A stretch of 64,000 nucleotides of DNA from Entomortierella parvispora E1425 (GCA_020891255.1 BQFW01000005.1:806001-870000); one strand, 5' to 3'; shown: positions 11,671 through 25,563, counted from the first letter of the stretch. Notes: generated from the letters alone by a model not told the origin. Numbers and translations are program-made.

Positions 11671-12568
11671 GGTATGCTGGTAAGCGGGGCGGTGAGACGG
11701 TGAAGTGGAGGGGGAGAGAGGGAGGACTGAAAGGAAGAAGGGGCGGCTGCAGAGGCGATTGTCCGTTGGTTGTGCTCTGTGGACACAAAAAACCAAAGGA
11801 AAAGATAGAAGGTCAAAAGGGGTAAAGCGAGGGGAGCAGGAAGAAGAAACGAAAGAGAGAAAGAGAGAGAGAGAGAGAGAGGGTGTCTTCAGGGTATGTT
11901 CACCATCCGTGTTGCTGGAGAGATGGAAGGGTGAGAACGAAGGGGAGGGAGGAGCACGGAACAGGAAGGATGCGACACTGGGGCCGGGTCGGGATGGATT
12001 GGATTTGGGGCGATGAAAGAAGGAAAAGGGAGAGGGAGGGAAAGAAACGACGAATAACGAATGAATGAATGAATGAATGAATGAAACGGACAGTTGTCCC
12101 AAGAAGCAAGCAGGCAAACAAGCAAGCAAGCAAGCGCGAACTCTGGCTGGCTGGCTGCCGCATCGAGTCACGTGAACACAATCTGGTCAATGGACCCTGT
12201 CTTGGTCGGTGTGAGTGTGGGTGTGTCCGTTGTGTTGGCTCACTCTTTCTCTCTCTGGCACACTTCTCAGTTGCACACTGCACACCTGCACACTCACTCA
12301 CTGCACACTCGCACTGCACGGTGACTGTCCCCCTCGTCTTGTCTCCTCTCCCTCTGCATTGTTGAGACACATTCATTCATTCGTGTCATGTCCATGCTCC
12401 CTTTCCCTCTTTCCTCATTGTTGTTATCCATCTCCATCAACCCTTCTTCCATTCACTGTCTCTTTTTATTTTATCTTCTTGACCCATCTCTCTTCACTAT
12501 TTCCGCCCCCCTTCCCCCCTCTCCCCTTCTTCACGCGCGCGTCCAGAGAGCGCTCCTTTGCCCCTGCC

Positions 12569-15500
12569 ATGGACCCTCGTGGTCAGACCGACCACCATCC
12601 CTTCGATGACTTTGACCATGTGCGACCCGGCCGCCCCAGTCAAGAACTCGACTCGCTTGCTTCAATAACGACCCCATCGGCCCCTGGACCAGGACCTGGC
12701 AATGGCGAATTCTCCATCGCCCCATCCTCGCCCTCCGTAGCGCATGCTCCCATCATTTCCCATGCCGAGTTGCCATCACCTCGCCCTACATATCGACATT
12801 TGCTACAGTTCCAGCAGCAACAACAACAACAACAGCAGCAGCCACTGGCTCAAAGTCAGAGCCAGCACCAGCACCACCACCACCATTCCGCACCCATCCC
12901 CAGACCTTTGCATGTTAGCAGCAGCAGCTCGTCCACACATGGAAACCAGACAAACTCGCCTCTATCTGCTGGACCCTTGCAGACCTCCACCTCGAGTCTC
13001 GCCACCAGTGCCGCCGCCCGTTTCAGTCAGGCATTTTCACCTCTCCTCTCTTCTAGGCGAAAATCTGCTGTCATCGATATCCCCTCCACGCCCGAGTCGT
13101 TTAAAAACCTACCATACAATCTGGGCGGATCCGCCCTTGCTAGCCCAGGGTCCCTTCATGCCCCAAGCGATGGACTGCGTTCCACAAGCCAGGAGCAGCT
13201 TGCGTCCTCGTCTCAACAGTCTCATTTTGAAAGTAATTTTAGCAAGATTGCGTCCTTTAGTTCGCCTCGGTCGTCTGCTCGGACTCGAAAAACACTGCCT
13301 GCAAACATTGGACATTTGCAGGAGGACTCGAACCATAGTTCCAGTTCATACGCCACTCCTCCTCTCACTGCGACGGCGTTTCACACAGGGCTGGCGCCCC
13401 ATTATGGCTCTGGATCGAGTAATCAGGAAGGAAGCCATAGGGACAGCGCAGGAAAAGGAAGCATCATAGGAGGGTCGGCGTCGATCGAAAAGGCGCTCAA
13501 GAAAGCAAAGGTCTTTATGGACGAGAAGGCAAAGCCAAAGGCGCGTGCGGCCTCACTTTGGGCTTTTATTGGTAAGATATCTTTCAAATGACCCTCTGGG
13601 TGCCTGAAACCTCAGCGTTTAAACAAGCCTTCCTTTCTCTTGCTCATGCAGATGTCACCTTTGAGTTTGATCAGGCAAAGTTCTTTCAGGACCATGCGGA
13701 ACAGGTCTTTGCTGTCACCCACGACTCGTTCTGGCACCAGATTGAGAAATTCAAACAAAAACCGGATCGTAACAACAGTCTTCAGAGCAAGGAGGTTTTG
13801 GCGGTCCAAAAGTCGCTCCTTCTGCTTCGCTTGATATTTCTCTATCTCCCCGACAGGATGAAGAATGGCTGGAATAGAAAACCTATTGGTAAATATTGGA
13901 CAAGATCTAGAGTCACTCTCAATGCTTCCTGCTGTTCTAACCTCTATTCCCCGCCTTTTCTAGCAAAAATGTTGGCGCAGGTCCTCTGCCACAAGAACCA
14001 CCCACGGATCCGCATCTTTGGATTTCGTCTCTTACTTCTGTGGATCAACGATCAGACTGTCGAATACCCTGAAGCAATATACCTATTCTCTAATGCGATT
14101 TCTCTGGATCTTTTCATGTACGACGGAGAAGACCTGTCTATCGACCACGCCAGCACATCTCAGACAAGATTGCCCCCCATGAGTAGTGGAAGCTCAGGAC
14201 GGAAGACGGCAAGAGTTGTCTCGCAGTACTTTGAGCTCGCCTACGTTAACTTGAGACAAGAGCTTTTGCAATGTATGTCCTCGTCATGTCTTACATCTCC
14301 AATACCAGACTATATGCCCATCCTAACATCTTTTGTATCCCTTTCATTGCAGCTGATGGTCCTTCCATTTGTCCCAACCCGTCGCCGCCCACATTCCAGG
14401 ACAGTATTCAACTGTTTCAAATATTCTTAGCCAACATTGTCCGTCTGGCCTACGTGGCTGCTGGATCATCACCACCTCCAGGGGAGATAGAATCTATCAA
14501 CTCACACCACCCTCTAGAAGCCGACGGAGACTTGGGTGACGGGATTGCGGTTGGCTTTGGAATTGACGCTGGAATGGCGGCAGCTCGATTTATGTTTGAT
14601 ATTATCAAGAAATACTATCTTGTCAAGGTCTTTCCCGAATGCGCTCGAAAGTTGAACTTGCTCAAGGATGAAGGAAAAGGTACAAAAACAAAAAGAATCG
14701 CCTTGAACTGCTCCTCGCTTTGCTGGTTTGAAGTAACGCTGACACAATTCTGGGATTTAATCGAACAGAATTTGGGTACAAGACCTGCCCACCGACAATC
14801 TTGAGGACGATCATTAGCTTTGTGATCCAATACTGTCTGGACAGCAACGAGTTTAATTCCCCACTGACACATACATCGCCCGCCACGCCCATCCTTAAAT
14901 CGATTGTCTTCTCCTCCGAGATCAACAGAGAGATGATGCACGAAATCGTTCGACAGGGTTTGAGTCTACCCCCAGGTCACCCACAATACAAGGACATTGT
15001 TCGTGGAGCAGTTCATATTGTAGGAGTATGGTGCCTTAGTGGAGAAGAGGAACGGCCATCTTTCCTTCGCAGCACATCCAACAGAGCCCTGGGATCCCAG
15101 CACTCGGCCTCTGCATCCTCTGTATCTACAGCGACCCAGGATCAAGCCTTTCAACCCACCACCAGTCCCCACGAGCCATACTCGATTGCAAACTCATTCC
15201 TTCGTCGATATTTCCAATTGTTGACGAATGTTTTCTCGGAAAACCCATCGGCAATCCAGGATATGGGATCCAATTCGTCCTCAGAGGCTCTCGGTTCAAC
15301 AGGAAACCACATCAAGCTCGATGTCGATGCTTTGTATAGCTTGTACAAGGATGTTATCGGGCTGCTTCGAGCAATCATGACTAAAGGACAAATTGAGATG
15401 GATTCTCAAAGCTGGGATGCACTGCTCAACTCGTTACTGGAGATTCAACGAAGGGTCATGAATATGCCGGAGAAATACGCTCTCCCTGTTCCTGCCCATT

Positions 15501-18500
15501 TGACCGATGAACTGGCAGCCCATATTATTGAGGTACTTGGCTTTCCAATATCTTTGTGCCCCTGAAGGTGTTTATAGCGCAGTTTCTAACAGTATACATT
15601 ATATCCTTGTAGACTGTACTTTGCGCGTATACCCGTTGCCCCCAAGTATCCAACTTGCAATGGATTGCCTTGCGGCGTACCATGATTGATAGTTTGCGCT
15701 GGCCGCAGGCAGTTGCTCAATGGGCTGTAAGGATGAGATTTGCTCTTTGGTCTTTCCTGGCTATTGTGTAAACCGACGCTGATTTTTTTTTTTCATCATT
15801 ATAGCGCTGGTCGCTTCGACTGACGCATTCCTTGGCGCACGAGGTCTTTCTTGTCGATCTGGACTCTCAAACAACCAAACCCTCACAGGCAACGAGCGCC
15901 AGACATGCAAGAAAGATGTCTGACAAGTTCCGTCATTCTCGGTTTCTCTCGTCCAAAGCAGACAACTCTATGAGGCACTCGATTGGTGGCGAGCTATTAT
16001 CATCTCAAGGGGTCGCCTATTCTCACCACACATACCCGCTCCCAAGTGACAGATCTTCGCGTAGAGCCAATAGTGTTCACTACGACCCTGCAAAGACTGG
16101 CGGAACAAATCCAAACGTGCCTGGATCGTCCGCCTATGCTCCATCGATGCTTGGTCACATGGGATATATGCCGCCTAGAGAGTTAGGACGCGATTACTTG
16201 TCCAATGTTCGAGTGGATGTGGGAGAAGTAGATGAGGAAGACTATGACCAAGTCGGTTCTCATATATCTGCTCTCGCTGAAGGCATGGAGACCACAGAAG
16301 AAAAGGTAAACCAGTTCGCAAGACCCATCTTTTTACCCCATATGTTTTCATCTTTATGGCTGACGTATTTGGACTTTCACTAGCCTTCTCGAGCATCCTC
16401 ACTCTCGTTCCATGGACCGGACAGTTTACATCTGGATCCCATCGTGGAGAGGTTATCGTCGCTATACGGTATCTTTAATACGCCCGATTTTGTCAATGTA
16501 TCTTTGAAGGGGCGCACTGCAGAAGAGGTCTTATCAGTTTGGAAAAACATTGTCTGCTCGTTTGGAAATCCAAATGAGATTCAGGTGAGGCGGCTTTTCT
16601 TTGATGTACAAAGGGCAACCGTACTGGTCTGGTCCATCAGTTTCTGATCCCTGAACCCCTTACCTTCTACCCATAGCTTCCATTGGTGAAAACCGAGGTG
16701 ATGTTGTGCATTATTGATGTCTGGGATCTCCTAAATCAAACTCGAGCCAGCCAGCCTTCGACCGCCACAGTCATCCCACCGCTGTATGATTTTGCTCCGT
16801 GGTTCTTTGAGGCGGCGAGGAGCAACAGTGATGGTGGTGTTGGACTCCCAGCCATCTATGGAGGACTGTGTCGGATGATGAGTCGTCGATATGACCAGGA
16901 CTTTGATCCAGAGAATTACCAATTGTTTTACCAGTGCATCATTCGAGTAAGTTCCTTTGCCTGCTATGATCTTAGTAACAGTTTTATATCTCTTTTCAAT
17001 GACATCTTTTCATTTGCTTTATCACTTACTTGTAGGGTCTTTTGATTGAGGATGCTTTGATTGGGCACTCCATTCTTGCAAACAGTAGCAGATTGTTTAC
17101 GCTGTCGCTTCCAGGAAGTCATATTCTGGTTCTCCCTTTTTTGAACGCAATCAGACAAATGGTATCCATTCGCTTCAAACAGGAAAGCAATAACTCGATT
17201 ACACACTCACACTCACACTGACATGAGACTGATTATATTCAACCCTCATGCCTCTAGCTTCTCAAGGATGGACATTTGAAAGATGGCGTCAGTCACTACA
17301 TTCGGAAACAGGCATTCGCGATTCTCTGCTCGGTGAGCATGCTCTTTTACGACTTTGATCATTCCACCTTTGGCGAAGTCCACGGCAGTGGAGATAAAGC
17401 TCCACAATCGGGATCTGACCTTTTGTCCTATAAACAGTCGTTTACACGACTTGTATTGGACCTGACTGTGGCAGAGGCCCATGTGAAGCCTCTTGGAAAG
17501 TTCTGGGATACCCATAGCATGCTTATTCAGCTTTGTGGTATGCTCGTCGTCAGCGAATGGAGCTCGAGTTTGGTCACCTGTGACATAGGAGTGGAAAGCG
17601 AGCTTTTGTTGACGGTCTTGGACCACCTCTACTGGACCGAACCGAGTATCGTTCAGAGCTCTGTGGAAGTCATTACGACACTTTCGGGAATGTACCAGGA
17701 TCATGAAGACAACGGATGGGTAATACTTTGTGAATGTTGTAGAGACTGTTCCTGCTTAGTTCTGTTTTTGATGATTGTATTGACATTTCAACTGTTTTTT
17801 CCTTCTCTGGACTCTTAGATCATCTTGGAGATGGTGCTCTCGCACTTGCTTAGTGCAATGCAAGAACACCTGAAGCTTTTCCAAAACGAGCCTCGTCGTG
17901 GAATCATGATTGCTTCCTTTTTCAAGTGTCTGACAGAGTGGCTGATGGTTATTCCAGCCAATATTTTCTCCGACACGGAGCTGTCTAGGTGGGTCTTTGA
18001 GCTCATTGAGATTGGTCTTCTCTCCTCTCCATCGTCGGATCCCAGCACCGATACCGAACGCAAACGCGCTCTAGCCATTCAGACTGCGAAGCAGCAGCAA
18101 CAACAATTCCAGTACCAGCAACAGCAATACCAAAGGCCGAACCGGCGACGCGGACCTAATTTCAACCCCACTGGAAAATCAATACATCAACACCATCGAG
18201 TAATGATCACCACTGGACCGGTGGTCGATGCCGAATTTGAACAAGTAGCCGTCAAGGAAGCTGCGGAGGCGACCTTAATTCATCTGGTTCACTTTTTGAA
18301 CAATGGCCCATTTTTGCCAGGCGCAGATAAATCCATGGTTGCTCTGGGTATGGATCCTAGAACCTCCCAGCCCTTAATGGAGAGAAAGTCGACTGTCAGC
18401 AGCTTGGATGAGGATTCGGCTTCTACCAGCTCGAGCTTGAAGGAAAAGGAAAAACTCGAGAATCAAAAGGTGTTCGCATTGAATGATTCGATCCTAATCA

Positions 18501-21500
18501 CGCTCGAAGAAGTAACGCCCATGGAGCGTGGAGGATTGCATCGAACCCGGGTGATTATCCGAGACCAAACTGGCCGCTATGCTTGGGATTCTGAAATCTT
18601 TTTCCGAGAGATGCTCGATGTGGAGAGTGAGGGCTCTCTGTCAACGACTCGCCCCCGATCAGTGCAAAGGACGGGATCGCGCTACAGTGAGCGGTTCGGT
18701 AACGGCCAAAGGAGAAGGAAAAGAGAAATGGCTAGCCAACTGATCTGGAGGGAGGGCGTTCAAATCCGTGAAGATGACACCCCGGCTGCGAGGGCGGCTG
18801 CTCGAGCCTCCAGAATCGCGGCGTCCTCGACCCCATTACCAGCACCTACAACAGACGATGGTGTGCCACTTTGGGATGGAGCAAGATACGAAAGCAATGC
18901 TGATCTATTAGACCAACTTTTGCATCATATCGGTGACAAGCATCCCGATTGTCTGTTTGATGGCAAAACACCCTTAAACCAACTGGATAACGGAATGTCT
19001 CTCTCAACGGACACGGATACTTTGCCTGCTCTTCCTGGAAGGGGCCCTATTGGCAGAAATAATAGCAGCGGCGCCAGATCCACCATTGATTTTGAATTGA
19101 ACCGTCATGTTCAAGAGGAGAATTATTATACCCGGATCTCGGACCCTCAGGCGCGAGCATGGTACGACAAGCTTGTGGAGTTGCGATCTAGTTTGATCCA
19201 TCAGGAAGATGAAGAAGAGGAGGCTTACCAAGGGTCCAATACCCTAATGTCTTTGGTGGTCAACTCTGACTGGTCTTCCTTGGGCTCTTCGGGAGAAGGC
19301 GCAGATTCGGGTCAGGATGGTCCCCCTTCGGATTCTCAGCATGCGTCTCTTTACGATCGAGCCAAGGAACTTGCCCCGAGACGACGCAGGATCCAACAGG
19401 ACAGAGATTTTTCGAATGAGATCGACTCGGTCGCGTTTGAAAATGGACTGAACTTGAACGAATCCAAGAATGCATCTGGAGAACCATGGAGCTCTGGCGG
19501 CCCAACCAGCAATACCTTGATGACAGATGACTTTTGTATTGCCAAGGCCTTCCAACCAGTCATGCCACCAGAAGCGGAACGACCTCTGGACAGCTACCAG
19601 CATAGCCGATTGCTACTGAGTCACTTGGGATTGTTGTGCTTTGAGAGATTTCAGGAGCACAACTTTGTTCTTTTGAACCCATCACCGTCCTTGGATAGAG
19701 ACCTGAAGAGTCTGGACAAAAAGTCAGGGTATGTCTTCTTATTTCCCCCCTTTTTTTTTGCTATGCTTGATTTTCTGAAATAGTTATTAATTATCGTCTT
19801 TTTATTCTATAATCGCCTGTTAGGCGAGAGACGTTCAAGATTGCACTACTGTATGTTGCCGCTGGTCAGGAAAGCGAGCAGGCAATCCTTCACAATAGCA
19901 AAGGCAGCCCGACCTACAATGAGTTTGTCCAGGAACTTGGTTGGGAAGTGGACTTGGCCGATCACTCGGGGTATATGGGCGGCTTGGAGAGAAATGGATC
20001 CAATGGACGAACTGCCATGTATTATTGCTCGTCCACTCTGGAGGTTCTTTTCCATGAGGTAGTAAGAATGCCAACGGAACCAGAAGATCCACGACAGGTC
20101 AAAAAGGTGAGTAATACTTTTTATAAGGAAGAGTTGACATCAAAGAGAAAAAAAGAAAAAAAATAGAGGAAATAACTGATTGATCTGTTTGTACACCTCC
20201 CATGCATAGAAACGACATGTGGGCAACGATCATGTTCACATTGTTTGGTCGGAACACTCGAGAGCATATGATCGAAACACAATCGGAGGCGACTTTGGAA
20301 ACGTGATTATTGTCCTTTCGCCAGTGCTGGATCTGGAAGCAATTGAGGAGCAAAAGAGATCGGCTCGGAGTCAGCATGAGGGCGGAGATACGCCTACTGC
20401 ATCTTCTTCTGGTCGCGGCTCACGGCCTCCTCTCAAGAAGGATCGACATGGATCGAGCTTGGTGGCAGTTGAGGTTATCCGTGATATGAACTTGCCCGTT
20501 TTTGGACCACTAGTCGATGGAATGGTCGTTCCGCTGTCTCAATTGGGACGACTTGTCCGCCAAACGGCTATCCATGGAGCAAGATTGGCCACAGCACCCC
20601 CTCCCCTACCACCAACGCCACCCTCTGGCGGATTTGTAGGCGCTTCAAATGCCTCCTCCTCGTCCAACACAATTTCGTCCCTGGTAACGCTCGCAGGCTC
20701 ATCCGGGGTCCCAGGTGGAGTTACGATTACCCACAACGTATCAAACTCAGTATCTGGTCATCATCATACGCAACAGCCACAGCAACTTCCGAGGTCATCT
20801 GGGACGACAGGCCATTCAGCAGCCGTGCCGGGGTCGGTTATAAGCTCAGCCATGCAGGGTCACCAGTATCACCAGTCAAATCCCGCCATCTATGCAAATG
20901 GAGCCAACTCAAATGCTAGTCTGGGTGGGGCCGCCAGCTCCTCGTCTTCAGCCACAGTTAATGCAGGATTGCCGGGTCCCAGTTTGACTATTCTTGGCAC
21001 CAACGTAGGAAGTGGGCCCCATGCGGCCTCTGCATCATCGTTGGTCAGCAACTCTGGTAGTCATGGAGGAGGTCCAGAAACGGCTTCGGTCACCGGATCT
21101 TCTACCGCAACAGCAAATTTAGCGCCTACTGGTGGCCTCCAGCATCATCACCATAATGGATCTGGCAACCTATTGGGAGCATCGAATCCACAGTCGCATG
21201 CGCAGACACAGATCAGCACACAATCCTCGAACCAATCCTTATCCCAGCAATACTTTGGTGGCAATCACTCTGGTCAAACAGCAAACAATGTGACATCCTC
21301 TACAAGTGCGATGGGCAGTTCGTTGGCGTCAACGACTTTCTCGACTGCTGCCGCGGTGGCAGCCATCGCATCTGGAGCAGTGGCGGCCCTTGGAACGTCA
21401 TCTGTGACATCCACCCCGCTTGGTGGCTCGAGTGGCACTGGATCTGGATCGAGTCATCATACCCACAACAGTAGTACGATCGCGACGGCGGCATCTGCGT

Positions 21501-21838
21501 TCTCGAGCTCGATGATGATCCACAATGCCCATCCGTTCAAGCAGAGGTCCTTGTTGATTGAACAGATCTCGAAGCGACACAAGGTGGAAAAGTGGACGTT
21601 CCAGCAGTTTATGGAGATTGTGTTTGGATACTCGTCCTTGAGGCCCTCGCACCATCATCATCATCACCACCATCACCACCACCATCGACAGACGCAACCA
21701 CAACAATCGCAACAGCAACTGCAACAACAACTGCAACTGCAACTGCAACAGCAACAGCAAAAGCAACAGCAACAACCACAACATAATCATAATCATAATC
21801 AAGTCCAGCAGTCAACCCCTGCACCCTCGCTGCTCTAA
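12569..21838 (+). CDS. RALGAPA: Ral GTPase-activating protein alpha subunit-like (Rap/Ran-GAP domain), multi-exon
   Basis: N-terminal NHPRIRIFGFRLLLLWIN is RalGAP-alpha-like. The C-terminal GAP domain reads LDKKSG|RETFKIALLYVAAGQE..YNEFVQELGWEVDL..HSGYMGGL..EVLFHEV..KK|KRHVGNDHVHIVWSE..GDFGNVIIV. The long ORFs are joined by GT-AG introns. Confidence 0.88.
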
Positions 21839-22161
21839 AGGACAAAACATGACAGAAGAATAAAGCAAAGTTTGTTTTTTTGTTGCATTTTTTTTTTGTC
21901 ACGCTCCTCTCTGCATCTTTGACTTCGCCCAGAACAGGAAGGGATTCAGCTTAAGGGTATAGTCTGACTTGCAATGAAAGCGCCAAGCTCAATGGCATGC
22001 ATGCATGAGGTAATCTTGGCTTTGTTCCATTCTCCTACAAAACTCTCTCCATCACGGCGTCCTTCAAGCTTTTCCTCTTTTTCACTATTCTCTTCCCACT
22101 TCTCTACCTCCTTGCTACTTTCTCTTCCTTTACCCTTTCTCCTAACCTTCACGTCAACACG

Positions 22162-22925
22162 ATGGCTACCGTCACTGCCGAGTACCAGTCTTTGGGCCAG
22201 TCCCTCCAGAACCTCCGTCAGATCAAAGGACACTGGGATGGTGGCGACCAGAACCCTGCCGTCGACAACTTCAACGGCGAGAAGCACCAAGTTCTCCAGG
22301 TAAAAAAAAGGACCTTCCTTCCTTCCTTCCAAGCTTGGCGCCCCCCTCCCCCACAGTCTTCTTCCCGTTTGACAAAACGCGCTATGCGAGGTGTATCTTT
22401 GTTCTCTTTTATTTTCACACGCTGTGCTGACCGAGGGAAAAAAAGCCACATCCTTGATGACGAGATCATGTCCACATCATGCAAGGACCAAAACCTTGGC
22501 GACTCTCCTCCACTTTGACCTCTGCCGCTCTACTGTTGACCCCCTAATGTTTTCTTTGGCCGATCGATTAGAAACTCGGGGAATACTTTGGAAAGCCAGG
22601 GGTGCCTGCAGCCAACATCCTGTCGACCATGGGACAACCGGATGAGATCAAGCAGACGATGGATGAGGCTTTTCAGACATCGTTGATGCCCGGCCCGGTG
22701 GTGGGCGGTACAGGCGCGGCCGCATTGAGCTATGGTGCAAACTCGACAGGCGCAGGATTGGGTGACGTGAGCACTACTATGATGCCTTCTGGATCCTCCA
22801 ACGCAGGACCCCAGGTCATGTACTTTATTTACAAGTGGAGAGGCAACCATGACTACCTTTGGTTCAAGATCGATGCCGAAAAGGAGGAGGTCTTGGAGAG
22901 CTCTTGGTACCATGCGTACGAGTAG
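22162..22925 (+). CDS. Small two-exon hypothetical protein (about 163 aa)
   Basis: Exon 22162-22299 and exon 22572-22925 join in phase 0 across a GT..TTAG intron. Product: MATVTAEYQSLG..KGHWDGGDQNPAVDNFNGEKHQVLQKLGEYFGKPG..MGQPDE..YFIYKWRGNHDYLWFKID..SSWYHAYE. Confidence 0.75.
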
Positions 22926-23399
22926 AGCATGGATGTCTAGGCTAGCAGGAGTAAGCACAACCACTCTTTGTGCAGACGACTTTTTTTTTCCCCGCCCATG
23001 TAAATAGCAAAATCGATCTCTTTCGGCACCAGACAATGGCACCGACTGTCGAATAAAAACAGATCTGAATCATAGCACTCGACTGGATAGTGGGCGTTGA
23101 TCGTCTGTGGGAAGAACTGTGGCCTCTGCACTGCCACACCTGAGATGATCAGTTCCCCTTTGCCTTTCTTTCTTTTGTTGTTTTCTTTTCTTCCTTCTAC
23201 CATCCCCACCCATCAACAGAGCCACCTAGCACGTGACGTAATTATCGCCATTTCTTTTCTCACATTCCTTCATTCCTTTTCTTCCTCTTCTTCCTCTTCG
23301 TCCTCTTCTTACTCCTATTCCTCTCATCCCTCCTCATCTCAACTCATTTCAACTCATCTCTTTTCTCACATTCCTGCACTGTTTTCATCATTCAAAAAA

Positions 23400-25257
23400 A
23401 TGAAATGGTCGAGCAAGTTGTTTACAGTTCTGGTTGCTTTGATTGTCTTGACCTTCCTCCCTTCTGTAATCGTGTCTAATCCTTCACCAGGAGATGTCTT
23501 GACGACACTTGCAATTGGTAAAGACAAGTCCACTACCTTTCTCTCCTCTCGAACCGGACTGCAGCAACGTCAAATTTGACCATATTTATATTTACTATTT
23601 ATTTTCCCCCAGATGTGGGATCAAGTGCCGCTCGCTTGAGTGCTCTTATTGGTGTCAACGGATTCGCCTTCGGTGATACCGGTAAACCGAGAATAATACT
23701 GACCGGTCCAGGGACCCACTCCTCGCCTGGGCCATTGAAGTCCAATTGGACAAGTGAAGGATTTCTGTTGATCAAGGATGGCACAGATGAGGCTCATTAT
23801 GTGCATGCATTCAATACGCTCTTCAACCTTGACCATCCGATCGAAATGCGCTCAAGAGACAAATACAGTTACCACAACAGACCTAACATTACCGGATACC
23901 AGGCATTCTCCCTCATCGACATCACAGGCAAGTACATGGAAAAATTAAAAACCAGCGCGGAATCGATCGTCGGTCATACTATCGATTTTGTAGCCATTGT
24001 TTTGCCGAATGGGCGAAACTTAAGAACTGCAACAAAGAACATCATCAATGACAGGCGCTGGGGGAACTTTACCTCCTATGTTCGAGTTTATGTTGACGGA
24101 AACGACCCTCAGAAGACTAAAGGTGTCATGAATTCAGCCACAATGCCGCTTCAAGTAAGTAACACTGTCGAACTGTACGAGAGAGCCTCTGCCGCCATCT
24201 TTTCCTTCGATAACGGTATGGAATATAGAAGACCTTTTCTTGTCTATCGTCTCGGCAGCTCAACATTCGAGGTCTCTATCCATGACGTTGAAGGGGGAAA
24301 GTTTAATACCATCTCCTCCGTCTATGATCAACGCCTGGGCGGAAACAACTTCAATCAGCGCGTCGTCGACCGTTTGCTCCTAGCACACAAGAACAAGACT
24401 GGTCAGGACCTCTCCGGCGATGACATGTTTCTCCTTCGACTAAGAAGTGAAGTGGAAAACGCCAAGCAATCGCTATCTGTCCGAGACCGGGTTTTGATTG
24501 AAATAGAGCCCCTCCAGACTGGAGGTGAAGGTCTCTCCGAAGTGCTGACTCGATCCCAATTCGAAGAGTTTAACATGGATCTATTTAACAAGACCATCAC
24601 GGCAATCGATCGGGCCATCAAGGACTCCACCATGTACACCAAGGATGATATCCAGGACGTTGTATTCTCTGGTGGATCCGCCAATATCCCTTTCTCCAGT
24701 CGACCATTAAAGAGTATTTTGGTCCCCATAAAAAATACCATGGATCGAGTCACCCCGAAACCACCGTAGTGTTGGGTGCAGCAAAACTTGGTCATTGGTA
24801 TCAGGACGAAAGGCACTTTACCGGCGGCGTGTGTTGCGTTGGTGCGAGCATAGCAACCATTGGCATTGAGACTGCTGGCGGAGCTATGTTCAAATTTACC
24901 GACCGGAATTCTTACAGGACAGTCAACAAGATGTACACACTTACCACCACAAAGGATTACCAGGATCAGGTAGTCATCCGGGTCTATCGTGGCAAAGGAA
25001 AATGGACGAGCCAGAATAGGTTCTTAGGTGAGACCAGACTCACAGGGATTGCGCCGGCTCCAAAGGGCACTCCACAGATCCGAGTATGGCTTGTCAGTTA
25101 TGGGTGTGGCGGCTTCATCAACCTAAACGTAATGGACGTGGCCTCTGGGAGAGTCAATGCCACGATACTTGACATTTACGACCATGGAAAGAGGCTTGAT
25201 AATGAGATAGGAGTGTTCGAGCTCGAACCAGCAGGCAAACTAACTCTTTTACAGTAA
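23400..25257 (+). pseudogene. Divergent secreted Hsp70/BiP-like protein with a 1-bp frameshift at about 24692
   Basis: Signal peptide MKWSSKLFTVLVALIVLTFLPSVIVS; intron 23518-23612. Hsp70-like motifs: LAIDVGSS, LVYRLGSSTFEVS, LGGNNFNQR, EVENAKQSLS, VFSGGSANIP, IGIETAGG, LTGIAPAPKGTPQI. Adding one base after NIPF restores LQSTIKEYFG..PETTVVLGAA and joins ORF 24769-25257. Confidence 0.8.
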
Positions 25258-25563
25258 TAATAATAAACTTGAAAGTGATAACCGCTCATATCGCAGTTTC
25301 GAGGACCTTTTTCAAAAACAGAAACAGACTATGGTGCACCCAGTAGACGCCCAGGATGAAAAGGTTTTCCCCTCTCCTTTGCCTATAATCAGAAGTCTTC
25401 CGACTCTCAAATCTGTATTGCTCTTCATCCGTTGTCTTTTTTTTTTCTTCCTTTTTTTTCTTTTTTTTTTTTTATTGGATTAGCAAACATGACGATGCTG
25501 ACAACTGCGAAACACTCATGAATGATAGATGGCGCGGCTAAGGGAGTCTGCCCTGTTCTGCGT

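Noticed and set aside
12215-12568. N-terminal ORF extensions here and at 35469-35708 and 41217-41534
   Set aside because: Stop-poor CT-rich promoter or UTR sequence. Downstream ATGs fit homology or composition better.
21398-21902. Poly-Leu and poly-Val/Ala ORFs on the minus strand
   Set aside because: Antisense readings of the RalGAP CAG/CAA/CAT repeats.
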